This document shows positions 11,916 to 24,620 of a DNA stretch of 64,000 nt, piece by piece (within the stretch, counting starts at the first letter, position 1; every line of letters begins with the position of its first letter). A program made the position numbers and the translations under genes. Source of the DNA: Mobula hypostoma (Eukaryota); NCBI RefSeq assembly GCF_963921235.1, contig NC_086097.1, forward strand, positions 16,058,001 to 16,122,000, given 5' to 3'. Below the pieces are notes generated by a model. It had not been told where the DNA came from. It did no database searches and saw nothing but the letters and a program-made list of their open reading frames with translations.

Positions 11916-12790
11916 ATATAGAACATAAAAATCTACAGCATATTACAGGTCTTTCGGCCCACAATGTTGTGCCAACCATGTAACCTACTCTAGAAACTAC
12001 CTAGCATTTCCCCACCGCATAGCCCTCTATTTTTCTAAAGCTCCATGTACCTATCGAAGGGCCTATTGTACTTGCCTCTACCACCATCGCTGCAGCACAT
12101 TCCACGCACCCACCACTCTCTGTGTGAAAAACTTACCCCCCGAAATCCCCTCTGTATCTACTTCCAAGCCCCTTAAAACTAAACCCCCTCATGTTACCTA
12201 TTTCAGCCATGGGAAAAAGCCTCTGACTATCCATGCAATCAATGCCTCTCATCATCTTATACACCTCTGTCAGATCACTTCTCATCCCCTGTCGCTCCAA
12301 GAAGAAAAGGTAAAATTCACTCTACCTATTCTCATAAGGCATACTCTCCAATTCAGGCAACATCCTTGTAAATCTCCTCTGCATTCTCTCTATAGTATCC
12401 ACATCCTTCCTGTAGTGAGGTGACCAGAACTGAACACAGTACTCCAAGTGGAGTCTAACTAAGGTCTTATATAGTTGTAACATTACCACAAGGCTTAAAC
12501 TCAACCCCACGGTTGATGAAGACCAACAAACCAAATGCCTTCTTAACACTGTCAACCTGTGCAGCAGCTTTGAGTGTCCTATGGACATGGACCCCAAGAT
12601 CTCTCTGATCATCCACACTGCCAGGAGTCTTACCATTAATATTATATTCTGTCTTCAAATTTGACCTATCAAAATGAACCACTTCACACTTATCTGGTTG
12701 AAGTTCATCTTCCACTTCTCAGCCCAGTTCTACATCCTGTCGATGTCCCGCTATAATCTCTGCAACCCTCCAAACTATTCACAACATAGT
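11916..12790 (-). mobile_element. CR1 LINE 3' fragment
   Basis: LYKTLVRLHLEYCVQFWSPHYRKD motifs and CR1 3'UTR. Confidence 0.88.
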
Positions 12791-12880
12791 CTGATTGGAA
12801 GGGAACACTAGAAGGGATGATGGCAGAGCAGAAATGGTTGGAATTTCTGGGAGCAATACAGAAGGCACAGGATAGATACT

Positions 12881-13730
12881 TCCCATAAGACCATAAGATA
12901 TAGGAGCAGAATTATGCCATTTCGCCCATCAAGTCTGCTCTGCCATTTCACTTTGGCTGATCCACTTTTCATCTCAGCCCCAATCTCCTGCATCTCTTCA
13001 TGCTCTGACTGATCAAGAAACTATCAACCTCTGCTTTAAATATACAAAAGGGCTTGGCAACAAATTCCATAGATTCACCAATTGCTAACTAAAGAAATTC
13101 CTTCTCATTTCCATTCTAAAACGACACCCTCTATTTTGACACTGTGTCCTCTGGTCAAAGACACTCCATCCACAGAAAACATCCTTTCCACATCCAGTCT
13201 ATCAAAGGCTTTCCCGATTCAATAGGTTTCAATTAAGTGATCCTCATTCTTCTGAATTCCAGTGAATATAGGCCCATAGCCATCAAATGCTCTTCATATG
13301 ACAAGCTGTTAACTCCCGGAATAATTTTCATGAACCTTCTTTGAACCCTCTCCAGTTTCAGCACAACCTTTCTAAACTAAGGGGCCCAAAACTGCTCACA
13401 ATACTCCAAGTGAGGCCTCACCAGGGCTCTATAAGGTCTCAACATTACATTCTTGCTTTTATATTCTAGTCCTCTTGAAATGAATGCTAACATCTCATTT
13501 GCTTTCCTCACCACAGGCTCAATATGCAAATTAACTTGTAGGAATCCTGCACAAGGACACCCAAGATTTTGTATTTCCTCTCCATTTAGAAAATAGTCAG
13601 CCATTTCTTGTTTTCTAGTGCATGACCCTACACTTCCTGACACTGTATTTCATCTGGCACTTCTTTGTCTATTCTCCTAATCTGTCTCCTTCTGTAGCCT
13701 CTCTATTTTCTCAAACCACGTGTCCCTCCC
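12881..13730 (-). mobile_element. CR1 LINE 3' fragment
   Basis: ALVRPHLEYCEQFWAP; (cttatggt)n-type tail. Confidence 0.88.
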
Positions 13731-14245
13731 AAAGAAGTATTATAAAGGGAGAAAGATGCAACTGTGACTGACAAGGGAAGTAAAAGCCAACCTAAAAGCC
13801 AAAGAGAGGGTATAAAATAGAGGAAAAATTAGTGGGAAGTCAAAGGATTGGAAAGGTTTTAAAAACCGGAAGGTAACTAAAAAAGTCATAAAGATGAAAT
13901 ACGAATATTAAGGACAATACAAGAAGATTCTTAAGATATATAAGGAGTAAAATAGAAGTGAGAGTAGATTGGATTGCTGAAAAATTATGCTGGAGAGGTA
14001 GTAATGGGGAACAAGGAAATGGTGGACAAACAGAATAAGGAGTTTGCATCAGTCTTTACCATGGAACACATAAGCAGTATGCCGTAACTTTAAGAGTGTT
14101 AGGGACAGATCTTAGTGAAGTTGCCATTACTAGGGAGAAAGTGCTTGGGAAACGGAAAGGTCTGAAGGTAGATAATTCACCTGGACCAGATGGTCTACAC
14201 CCCTGGGTTTTGAAAGAGGTGGCTGAGGAGATTGTACAGGCACAG
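13731..14245 (+). mobile_element. Decayed CR1 ORF2 internal fragment
   Basis: FASVFT and [15 protein letters not shown] coding remnants. Confidence 0.75.
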
Positions 14246-14289
14246 AGGGTCATAGAGTGATAGAGTCATAGGGAAGTACAGCACAGAAA

Positions 14290-16535
14290 TGGTAATCAGA
14301 GGTAGGTCATATTTAAACAATCTTAAGAGTTTTTTGAGGAAGTTACCAGGAAAGTGGATGAAGGCAAGGCAGCAGATGTTGTCTACATTGACTATAGTAA
14401 GGCATTTGACAGGTACCCGCATGGGAGGCTATGTAAGAAGGTTCAGTCACTCAGAATTCAAGATGAGATAGTAAATTGGATTAGACATTGGCTTTGTTGA
14501 TGAAGCTAGAGAGTGGGAGTTGATGGTTGCTGCAGGGATGGGTGCTGGGTTCTTTATTGTTTGTCATTTATATTAATAGTCTGGATGAAAATGCGGCTAG
14601 CTGGATCAACAAATTTGCAGAAGACACCAAGATGGGTGATGTAGTGGACAATGAGGAAGGCAATCATAGTTTGCAGAGGGATTTCTATCAGTTGGAAAAA
14701 TGGGCTGAAAATGGCAGACAAGTGTGAGGTTTTGCACTTCAGTAGGACCAACCAGCATAGGTCTTACAAGTGAACGGTAGGGCACTGAGGAGTGCAGTAA
14801 AACAAAGATCTGGGAATACAGGTACATAATTCATGACAGTGGCGTCATAGGTAGATAGTGTCATAAAGAAAGCTTTTGGCACATTGGGTTTCATAAATCA
14901 ATGTAAAATACAGAAGATAGGATGTTATTTTGAAGTTCTGTAAGACGTTGATGAGGCCTAATTTGGAGTATGGTGTGAAGTTTTGGTTACCAACTTACAG
15001 GAAAGATGTAAACAAGGCTGAAAGAGTGTCGAGAAAATTTACAAGGACATTGCTAGGTGTGGAGGACCTGAGTTATAAGGAAAGATTGAATAGGTTAAAA
15101 CTATTCCTTAGAACATAGAAGACTGAGAGGAGATTTGACAGAGGTATACAAAATTATGAGGGGTATAGATAAAGCAAATGTAAGCAAGCTTTTTCCACTG
15201 AGGTTGAATGGACTACAATCAGAGGTCATGGGTTAAGACCATAGACCATGAGACCATAAGATATAGGAGCAAAATTAAGCCATTTGGCCCATCCAGTCTA
15301 CTCCACCATTCAATCATGGGTGATCCTTTTTCCCCCTCCTCAGCCCCAATCCCCGGCCTCCAATCAAGAACCTATCAAGCTCTGCCTTAAACACACCCAA
15401 TGACCTGGCCTTCACAGCTGTCTGTGGTAACAAATTCACCATCCTCTGGCTGAAGGAATTTCTCCCCATCTCTGTTTTAAATGGACACCCCTCTATCCCA
15501 AGGCTGTGCCCCCTTGTCCTAGACTCCCCACCACGGGAAACATCCTTTCTACTTCTACTCTGCTAAGGCCTTTCAACATTCAAAAGGTTTCAATGAGATC
15601 CCCACATCCTTCTAAATTCCAGTGGGTACAGACCCAGAGTCATGATACATTCCTCGTATAACCCTTTCATTCCTGGAATGATCCTTGTGAGCCTCCTCTG
15701 AGCCCTCTGCAATGTCAGCACATCTTTTCTTAGATGAGGAGCCCAAAATTGTTCACAATACTCAAGGTAATGCCTCACCAGTGCTTTATAAAGCCTCAGC
15801 ATCACAACCCTGCTCTCGTATTCTACACCTTTTGAAATAAATACTAACATTGCATTTGCCTTTCTCACCACCAACTCAACCTGCAAGTTAACCTTTAGGG
15901 TGTTCTGCACAACATTTGCAATTTTTCTTTCCTCCGGGCTCATGCCAGAGTCCAATGATTTTTGCAAGATCATTACTAATGCCTCCACAATCTCTACCAC
16001 TACTTTTTTCAGAACCCTAATGTGTTGTTCATACGGTCCAGGTGACTTATGTACCCTTAGGTCTTTCAGCTTTTTGAGCATCTTCTCCCTTGTAATAGTA
16101 ACTGCACTCATCTCTCTTCCCTAGTACACATCAACATCTGGCACACTGCTAGTGTCTTCCACAGTGAAGACTGATGCAAAATACTCATTTAGTTCATCTG
16201 CCAATTCTTTGTTCCCCATTATTATTTCTCCAGCCTCATTTCTAGTGGTCCTATAGTAAGGCTGAAAGGTGAAAGGTTTAAGGGGAACATGAGGGGAAAC
16301 CTCTTCACTCAGTGGGTCATGAAAGTGGGGAATGAGCTGCCAGCACAAGAGGTCCATGTGAGCTCAATTTCAGCATTTAAGAGAAGTTTGGATTGGTATA
16401 TGGATAGTAGAGATATGGAGGGGTATGGTCCTGGTGCAGGTAATTTGGAGTAGGCAATTTAAATTGTTTCGGCATGGACTAAATAGGCCAATGGATCTGT
16501 TTCTGTGCTGTATTTCTCCATGACTCTATGACTGA
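14290..16535 (+). mobile_element. Decayed CR1 split by an antisense CR1 (15238-16256)
   Basis: CR1 RT fragments; the host resumes after a taag duplication (15234-15237 / 16257-16260). Confidence 0.85.
15238..16256 (-). mobile_element. Internally deleted CR1 nested in CR1
   Basis: ORF 15590..16111 joins KSPGP...KIANV directly to QNTLKVNLQV, so the RT core is deleted; (atggtct)n tail. Confidence 0.85.
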
Positions 16536-16899
16536 GACCTGATCATGGGCTTTAGTATGAAACTTCAAGAATTACCTCCCTTCCATGGAAGCTGTTCAAC
16601 CCACTGAGGTCCACTTATAGACTGCTTTTTGCTCAAGAACAAATGGACGTGGTGTGAGTCAGAAATTTTAACGAGGATAGCAGTTCTATGTGTAAAACAC
16701 AGGCTTGATGTAATTTACAATATGTTTTTGGGTGGGTACAGTTTATATTGTTAGCTAATGTATATCATAGTTGTGGGGGGGAACAGTAGATGTATATATT
16801 AATACTTAATGCAGCACACCCAATCTAAATATATAGGAGCCAACTGAGTTTAGATGTAGGGAGAAATTTCATACTTTTGATATTGGGGTTTCCCTACCT

Positions 16900-17305
16900 T
16901 CTGTCCAAGACCTCTTTCAGAGTCGATGCCTCCAGAAGACACGGTACATCATTAAAGACCCCTCACACCCTCTCCATGAACTGTTTGTTCTTCTGCCATA
17001 AGGCAAACGTTACAGGAGCATCAAAACTAAAACCACAAGGCTACTAAACAGCTTCCTCCCACAGGCAGTCAGACTACTAAATAGCTGCTCTACCTGACTC
17101 TGCTTTGGACACTTTTAACCTGCACTGGACACTTATAACTTGATTTTAAGTGGCTGTTGTGTTTTACTATTTATTGTTATGTTCATTATTTAGTGTTGCA
17201 TTTGTTATGTTATGATCGCACTGCTCCTGGGAAACGTTGTCTCATTCTGCCCTGCAGAGCTGATGAACAGTTAGAATGACAATAAAGTTTTTTGAATCTT
17301 GAATC
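16900..17305 (+). mobile_element. Rex1/Babar-like 3' fragment
   Basis: IIKDPSHPLHELF..GKRYRSIKTKTTRLLNSF motif, aataaa and ttgaatc tail. Confidence 0.8.
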
Positions 17306-17779
17306 TATGCCAGCTAAATTGACATCATGCTCCACTACGACTCACAATTATATCCACAGGCAATTCTTGAGGCCTCAAGCTGAGAGGTAACCTAAGCTTC
17401 ATTACTTATTGAGGTCATATACACAGAGACCCAATCTTAGCACAGATTGCAGTAAAGGAAGCTGATATCATCACCCCAATACTTTTCCCAGCCTTACCTA
17501 CTCCATGATTACTTTTTTTTATCCACTTGAGTGGAAGTAATTTAAGGTAATTGGAAACTGTTGAATACCTTAAATCATAGAGCTGCAGCATACATATCAT
17601 AGTAACATGTTAAGAGTTCGAGCTCCAATTATCATTGACTTCTTCACTACAGAAAATGAAACCTACCTCACTACACCACACCGCTCACACCCACGATTAA
17701 ATCCTGGAGATCATGCTTCCCACATCTTGAGAGCCATCTCTCAACCAAAGGCAAACATTAGTCACCTTCAGTACACTTG

Positions 17780-18370
17780 CATAACTTAGCCACCTGAGGA
17801 AATCTGTTTGAAGATCAACAGCTCAAGGCTGGCATTAAACTGACTGTCTACCAGCCAGCAGTGATCTTATCCCCCTGTGTATTCTTCATTCAAGGAATAT
17901 CAATAGTAGGTAACTGAAAGTACCAATGAAACAGTGTCAGCCCCTTCCTTCAGACTAATGTCCCTAGTAATTACCATATACACAAGCAACATTGTTCACA
18001 TGCTTGACACCAGACTTCACCAGAAAATCTGTTCGAGTATGCTGCGAAAGATTACCAGGTAGACAGAAGAAAAAGTTCAAGGATGATTTGAAAGCTCCTT
18101 TGAAAAGCATAATATCTTCATTGTGAAAATCTGTGCTCAAAATAGAGAAGGAGATTTGGGATAACATTGAGAACCATGGGAAGAGTACAGAACTCAGTGT
18201 TATTGACAGAAGGAGTACACTACCTCCCAAACCATCTTCTGCACAATTTGTGAAGCACCTCCTGCTCTACCTGTGGCAGAGTCTGTAGAACCCTCAAAGA
18301 CATCATTAGCCATCTCAGCACCACAGAACAAGAATGCAAACAACTCATCCTCAATTCCAACAGATTGCCA
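17780..18370 (+). mobile_element. Old RTE-like LINE 3' remnant
   Basis: GRQKKKFKDDLKA-like motif and a C-terminal CxxC..SHL zinc-finger remnant (CSTCGRVC). Confidence 0.55.
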
Positions 18371-18912
18371 AAACAGGAGATGATAACAGGCATAATTCCC
18401 ATTTATTTAAATGAGCTCTGTTACTTTAATTTACATTAGCTCAAGTTGTTTCCAGCCTGTTAAATGCAGATGCTATGCATCTTCATGAATTTTATCTAAT
18501 TAAAATAATGGGGTTTTATTTTAATAAATTTATTAACACACATTTGCATTCTTTTTAAGCCTTGGTTCCAGGAAAAGGTAAAATAGGGAATAACTCTGGA
18601 ATGAAAAGAGAAAATGCTGGAAATACTCAGCAAGTCAGGCAGCATGTGCATACAGACACACATAGCTGGCATTTCACTTAGAACACTTGCAATTCCCTAC
18701 CAACTTAATTTGGCATCAAAATTAGGGTAATGGAAACTTGGCAGAAAAATCGACCAATATTGTTGCAAACCTCATGCTATTATTTCATTGAACTTACATT
18801 TAAAGCAAATCCGTTACTGCAAATCCAGTAAAACCTTAGCCTTGATCTTCAGTGTTGCTCTAAATATTGTTAACAGATAATCTGGGAAGTTTCACTGCAT
18901 GGTTTTTCATAC

Positions 18913-19028
18913 CTGTGCGTCCTCTCCTGGTTGGAACAGCATGCTACGGCTTATAAAAAGTCCACGGTTTGTCAACAGAACCAAATGTTGATTTGTCAGG
19001 GCAATATCCAACAGCTGAATATTACAAT
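18913..19028 (-). CDS. CATSPERB: CATSPERB-like internal exon (116 nt, phase 1 to 0): (D)CNIQLLDIALTNQHLVLLTNRGLFISRSMLFQPGEDAQ
   Basis: ttttgacttcag acceptor, CAG/gtatga donor, open frame. Resembles the recalled mammalian LVDMVLTNHFLVILTSLGLFVS. Confidence 0.88.
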
Positions 19029-19407
19029 CTGAAGTCAAAAATATAGTACATCTTTAATCCATTGAACAACTATATCATGTGAATCATTTTATGTACTTCA
19101 ATAAAATTGTTCTATAAGATTAATTAAGAAATTGAAGTTCATCTGCTTAAAACACAGTTGAGACAGATTTTCTTTCTTTAGCTCATCATGAATATTTGGT
19201 TTACATTCAAGGGTGATGGTAGGAAATAACTTAAACTGTTAATTTAAACAGATCCTCCATCACTCAGGAAATGATCTCTTCTTATTATTACCATCAGGAA
19301 GAAGTACAGGAGCCTGAGTATACTCAATGATTTAGTAACAGCTTCTTTCCCTTCATCATGAGATTTCCAAACAGACAATGAACCATCCCATGAACACTAT
19401 CTCACTC

Positions 19408-20112
19408 CTGTGAGTCGGCTGGCGTGAAACACTGCATCCGGTGCTCCCGATGTGGCCTTCTATATATTGGCGAGACCCGACGCAGACTGGGAGATCGTTT
19501 CGTTGAACACCTACGCTCTGTCTGCCAGAGAAAGCAGGATCTCCCAGTGGCCACACATTTTAATTCCACGTCCCATTCCCATTCTGATATGTTTATCCAT
19601 GGCCTCCTCTACTGTAAAGATGAAACCACACTCAGGTTGGAGGAACAACACCTTATATTCCGTCTGGGTAGCCTCCAACCTGATGGCATGAACATTGACT
19701 TCTCTAACTTCCACTAATGCCCCACCTCCCCCTCGTACCCCATCCGTCATTTATTTATATACACACATTCTTTTCCTCTCTCTCCTTTTTCTCCCTCTGT
19801 CCCTCTCACTATACCCCTTGCCCATCCTCTGGGTTCCCCCCCCCTTTTCTTTCTCCCTAGGCCTCCTGTCCCATGATGCTCTCATATCCCTTTTGCCAAT
19901 CAACTGTCCAGCTCTTGGCTCCATCCATCCCCCTCCTGTCTTCTCCTATCATTTCGGATCTCCCCCTCCACCTCCCACTTTCAAATCTCTCACTAGCTCT
20001 TCCTTCAGTTAGTCCTGATGAAGGGTCTCGGCCCGAAACGTCGACTATACCTCTTCCTATAGATGCTGCCTGGCCTGCTGCGTTCACCAGCAACTTTTAT
20101 GTGTGTTGCTTG
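19408..20112 (+). mobile_element. Penelope-like element 3' part (GIY-YIG endonuclease, ORF 19424..19717) with terminal region
   Basis: CSRCGLLYIGETRRRLGDRFVEH..PVATHFN..RLEEQHLIFRLGSLQPDGMN; pyrimidine-rich 3' region. Confidence 0.92.
20010..20047 (+). ncRNA. Minimal type I hammerhead ribozyme (Penelope-associated)
   Basis: UAGUC-CUGAUGA-A-GGGU(CUCG)GCCC-GAA-ACGU-C/GACUA: helix I UAGUC:GACUA, intact core, palindromic helix III, GUC cleavage triplet. Confidence 0.8.
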
Positions 20113-20459
20113 TCTTTTTGCTCTCTTGTATTTAATTTAATTTTGTACATATATTTCTTGTTGCAATTTATAGTAGTTTATATTCTTCATCTGTTGCACT
20201 GAATTGTTACTAAAAAACACACAAATTACATGACACATGACAGTGATATTAAGGCGGAAGTAGACTAATTCATGATAAACAATGCATGAAAGGTTACTAA
20301 AGGCTGAGATGAGCATAGAATCAGATTAGTCAATGATCTTATGACTGGTAGTACTTGCTCTAGGCCTGAGTGGCTTATTCCCTTGATCCTGATTTGCTTG
20401 TTTGCATGTATGTAGGTACACATATACTTGTAGTATAGTATAAATAGTCAAAAGAAGAA

Positions 20460-20592
20460 CCACAAACAAGAGAAAATCTGTAGATGCTGGAAATCCAAGC
20501 AACCCACACAAAATGCTGGAGGAACTCAGCTGGTGAGGCAGCATCTAAAGAGTACAGTCGATGTTTCGGGCTGAGACCCTTCAGCAGGACTC
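20460..20592 (-). mobile_element. Short Penelope-terminus-derived element with a degenerate hammerhead
   Basis: Minus strand agtc-ctgctga-agggtctcagccc-gaaacatc-gact followed by the same terminal sequence as 20050-20112. Confidence 0.7.
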
Positions 20593-20634
20593 ACAAAGAA
20601 GAATCAACACATTTACCATAATGAAGATATGAAT

Positions 20635-20976
20635 ATAGATAGAATAAATGGCAGGGACCTTGAGAGAGGCTTTGGGATGTAAGGCTGTTGCTTCTGAAAA
20701 TGGCGACAAAGGTAATCAGAGTTGTGAAAATGTTACTTGGCATGCTTGCCTTCTTAGGCCAAGGCATTGCTCTTGTACAAAACATTGATTACCCTGCATT
20801 TTGAGGAGCATGTCATTCTGGTTACAACACAAGTTATATGGTAATAATAGAAATTGTAGAAGGGATAAATCAGGGTGTTGCCTAGACTGAAGGGGAGATT
20901 GGATGGTCTGGTTTTATTCTCACTAGAATATAGGAGGCTGTAGAGGTTTATAAAATTATGAGAATTAATTAGGATA
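20635..20976 (+). repeat. Inverted duplicate of 22301-22644 (decayed CR1-derived sequence)
   Basis: Near-identical reverse complement; bracketed by taccataatga at 20614-20624 and 20975-20985. Confidence 0.92.
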
Positions 20977-21954
20977 CCATAATGATTACCACAATGAAAA
21001 TAATACCATAATATTTTTTCATGTAAATTTATTTTAACTTCAATAACTATCCAAATCATTCAATATTTGGGCTACATTTCTTTACCACTTCTGGTGTAGT
21101 TATTCTGTAAAATCAATTTTAAAAAAAATCAATTCAACTGGAAGTGATTCCTATTCAAAGTGGGCCTTTATATTGTCATCCTTGTGATTCATGAATTTTT
21201 CCCTTTCCTCCTTTGGGATTATCTGAACACCATAATTTGCCCCAATAGCTCTATACAGTTAAATTTCTGACTTGCAACTTACTTTACCCTGGGTGATCTG
21301 TCCTGATGCAAGGTCTTGACCCAAGAAATGAACAAACCCTTTCACACTACTTGAGTTCCTCTAGTATTTTATTTTTTGCACTGGTTAACTTATGATGATG
21401 ATGTCGACTCAGGCCTGAGAGGCCAGCGTTGGGCATTTTCATGCCTTACAAGGTGCGGATCGGAAGGACTCTTTTCCATAGATGCTGCTTGGCCCTCTAG
21501 CATTTTGTGTGTGTTGCTTTGGATTTCCAGAATATGCAGATTTTCTTGAATTTAATTTTAATGTCTTGTTAGTTGGTAAAACTCCTGAAAGAGTAAATTG
21601 TGAGTGCAGATTTCACTACTGAGATTTAGACACCAAAACCCAGGTTCAAATTTCTGTTCATTGCTGAGACTGCTCTGAAAGAAATGACATTCTTTGAGTG
21701 AGATGTATAATATGGATAATATGGCTAGCAGGCTGGAAACTAAGAGAACTACTAGAGCGTTAAAAAATATCTTTTCAACAATCAGATACTGCAATAATAC
21801 AGAAAAAGTAAAATGTTTATTGGAAAGAGACACAGAATGAACGATCTTTCATCAGTTCTTAATTCTGAAACAAGAACTATTTCTTTCTCTCTGCCAGCAG
21901 TTCACTGTTTTTCCAGCATTTTCTGTTTTATTCGAGATTTTCAGCATCTACAAC

Positions 21955-22700
21955 ATGAGATCGTAGAATAATAGAACTAAAGAAACATAGGGCACAAAAA
22001 GAGGCTCTTTTAGATCACCTCACCCATGCCAACCGTGATAACCTATCCATGCTAATCCCTTTTGCCAACATTCTACCCATGTTTTTCTATGCCTTTCCTA
22101 TGCCTTCTTATCTATTCTTTTAGAAATCCCTTTTAAATATTGCAATTGTACCCGTTCCACCACCTTCTCTAGCAGTTCATTCCAGACATACACCACCATC
22201 TTTGTGGAAAAACTCTGCCCTCATATCATTAAATTTCTCCCCCTCATTTATATCCTCTAGTTTCAAATCTCCCTGCCCTTGAAATATGTCTCTTTCTATT
22301 TATCCTAATTAATTCTCATAATTTTCTAAACCTCTACAGCCTCCTATATTCTAGTGAGAATAAAACCAGACCATCCAATCTCCCCTTCAGTCTAGGCAAC
22401 ACCCTGATGAATCCCTTCTACAATTTCTATTGCTAACATATAACTTCTTGTGTTGTAACCAGAACGACATGCTCCTCAAAATGCAGGGTAATCAATGTTT
22501 TGTACAAGAGCAATGCCTTGGCCTAAGAAGCAAGCATGCCAAGTAACATTTTTACAACTCTAATTACCTTTGTTGCCATTTTCAGAAGCAACAGCCTTAC
22601 ATCCCAAGGCCTCTCTCAAGGTCCCTGCCATTTATTCTATCTATCCTACTAGAATAAGACTTCCTCAAGTGCATTACCTCCAATTTATCTCAATTAAATT
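21955..22700 (-). mobile_element. Old, heavily decayed CR1 3' fragment (contains the donor of the inverted duplicate)
   Basis: Degenerate CR1 3' ORF2 and UTR motifs. Confidence 0.75.
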
Positions 22701-23261
22701 GCATATGCTACCACTCAAATAAATCTTACAATTGACTTATCTTACTTGTATTAATTTATCTTGGGGGAAAAAATGATGCCTCTGTTTCTCTTTTAACTCT
22801 TTGTCCTAAAAATTCTTTGATATCAACAAAATATTAGGTCCTGCAGAAGATCTGATCAGGTACTGGATTTGAGTGAATCTCTCAGGGTAATGCTGGGATA
22901 TCCAGTAGGATTCGGCCATCTAATGGACTCCAACTGGCACCTAATGACTGGGGCGAATCATCAAGATTCAACTCCCCAAAGTTGACAGCAAGCTCTAGAT
23001 TCACAGTGTGTGTGAAAGTCCATTATTTATTCTAATTCAAATAACTGAATATCAGTAAATTGGCCCATTATTTCTGCCTTTAGGATTCCCTTTAAATATT
23101 TCATCTACTACAATCAACCGGCTGCCAGGCTAATATGGTCATTACCAGCTCCTTAGCACTATTGATGTTTTTAACTAAACAGCAAAGAATCCCACCAAGT
23201 AATGGTCAACTGGATTGTTATCAAAAGCAAGTATTAAAAATAATAAATTAATTAAAATTAC

Positions 23262-23354
23262 CTCCTTTGATTAAAGAACAAATGACAGGTTTGACATCAA
23301 ACCACTTGTCATGTAATGATGTAAATGCACTCTTGGTTACCAATAGATAAATAC
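23262..23354 (-). CDS. CATSPERB: CATSPERB-like internal exon (93 nt, phase 1 to 1): (G)IYLLVTKSAFTSLHDKWFDVKPVICSLIKG
   Basis: tttcttttcag acceptor, GAG/gtaatt donor; phase-compatible with both neighbours. Resembles the recalled GVYIGITFGGF..TWFNMT segment. Confidence 0.82.
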
Positions 23355-23544
23355 CTGAAAAGAAACACAAAAGATGAATCAAATATATTACAAATAATTT
23401 TTCCTTGCTTAAAAAATTGAGAATCAAATTATCTTTAGTGTATAAAATCTTTAACAATTCCATTAATGTATGATTTTTGTTCATGTATAACTGCAAGGGC
23501 TTGATCTCTGAAGAAAGTACCAATAGTTACCTGGCAAATTGGTT

Positions 23545-23950
23545 TATCACTCTAAGGTTGGAGGAGCGATACCTTATTTTCCATCTGGGTGGCCTCCAAC
23601 CTAATGACATGAATATCGATTTCTACTTCCAGTTAAAAAAAATCCCTTCCTCCTCCCCTCTTTTTCTATTCCCCACTCTAGCCTCTTATGTCTTCTCATC
23701 TGCCTATCACCACCCTTTGGATCCTCTCTTTCTTCCTTTTCTCCTATGGCACACTCTCCTCTCCTATAAGGTTCCTTCCTCTCCAGCCCATTATCTTTCC
23801 TATCCATCTGACTTCATCTATCACCTTCTAGCTATCCTTCCTCTCCCCCAACTTTTTATTTTGGCATCTTCCCCCTTTCCTTTCCAGTCCTGAAGGGTCT
23901 CAGTCAAAAATGTTAACTGTTAATTCATCTCCATAGGCGCTGCCTGAACT
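23545..23950 (+). mobile_element. Decayed Penelope 3' fragment
   Basis: LRLEERYLIFHLGGLQPNDMNIDF; degenerate hammerhead region (agtcctgaagggtctcag). Confidence 0.8.
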
Positions 23951-23954
23951 GTTG

Positions 23955-24620
23955 AGTGAGGTGAGGTTGAGGTGAGGTAGAGATGAGATGCTGTTTAGCT
24001 GACTTAAGCACCGAACCAGATTGGAAAGGTCAGGTAGGGGCTGAATTGAGCCGGAGGGGCCCAGGCCAAAGAGCATATCGAAGTAGCAGGGCCCGGGTCT
24101 GAGAGCAAGGAACAACCTGTTGTTTGGCCAATTTAAGCAATGGGCCAGACTGGAAAGTTTAGGTGCAGGCCAAATTAAAGCAGTGGGGCCCAGGCCCGAG
24201 AGTGATAAATGACCAAGGTTTGGCCAATTTAAGCACTGGGCCAGATTGAAAAGGTCGGAATGTCGGGGCCAGAGTTAAAGGAACAGGCCAGCATTCAGCT
24301 TGCTGCTTCACGAAGTTTACTTCCGTATGTGCCGAACTGGGGCCATGTCCTGCAACTAATAGGCTTCTGGATTGGCAGCAGTGATGACTGGCTTCATGAC
24401 TGTGGACTCACTTCAGTGAATTTCAGTTCTGAATGTTATTTGCTTATTTTTATTGTTTGCACAGTTTTGTTTTTTTCTGCACATTGGGTGTTTGATGGAC
24501 TTTTTTTTAATGGGTTCTATTGGCTTTCTTTATTTTGTGGCTGCCTGTAAGGAGACAAACCGCAAGGATGTATATAGTATACATACTTTGATAATAAATA
24601 TACTTTGAACTTCGACCTTT
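23955..24620 (+). mobile_element. Non-coding SINE-like element with three internal imperfect repeats and a LINE-like 3' tail
   Basis: gtttggccaatttaagca(a/c)tgggccaga...gaaag motif at ~23993, ~24122 and ~24218; tail tactttgataataaatatactttgaactt. Confidence 0.55.

Noticed and set aside
17498..17568. AG...GTAAGG-bounded segment as a downstream CATSPERB exon
   Set aside because: It contains a stop in the required phase-0 frame.
18798..18860. Possible next CATSPERB exon (strong gtaagt donor on the minus strand)
   Set aside because: The implied intron is very short, the acceptor is weak and the peptide has no recognisable similarity.
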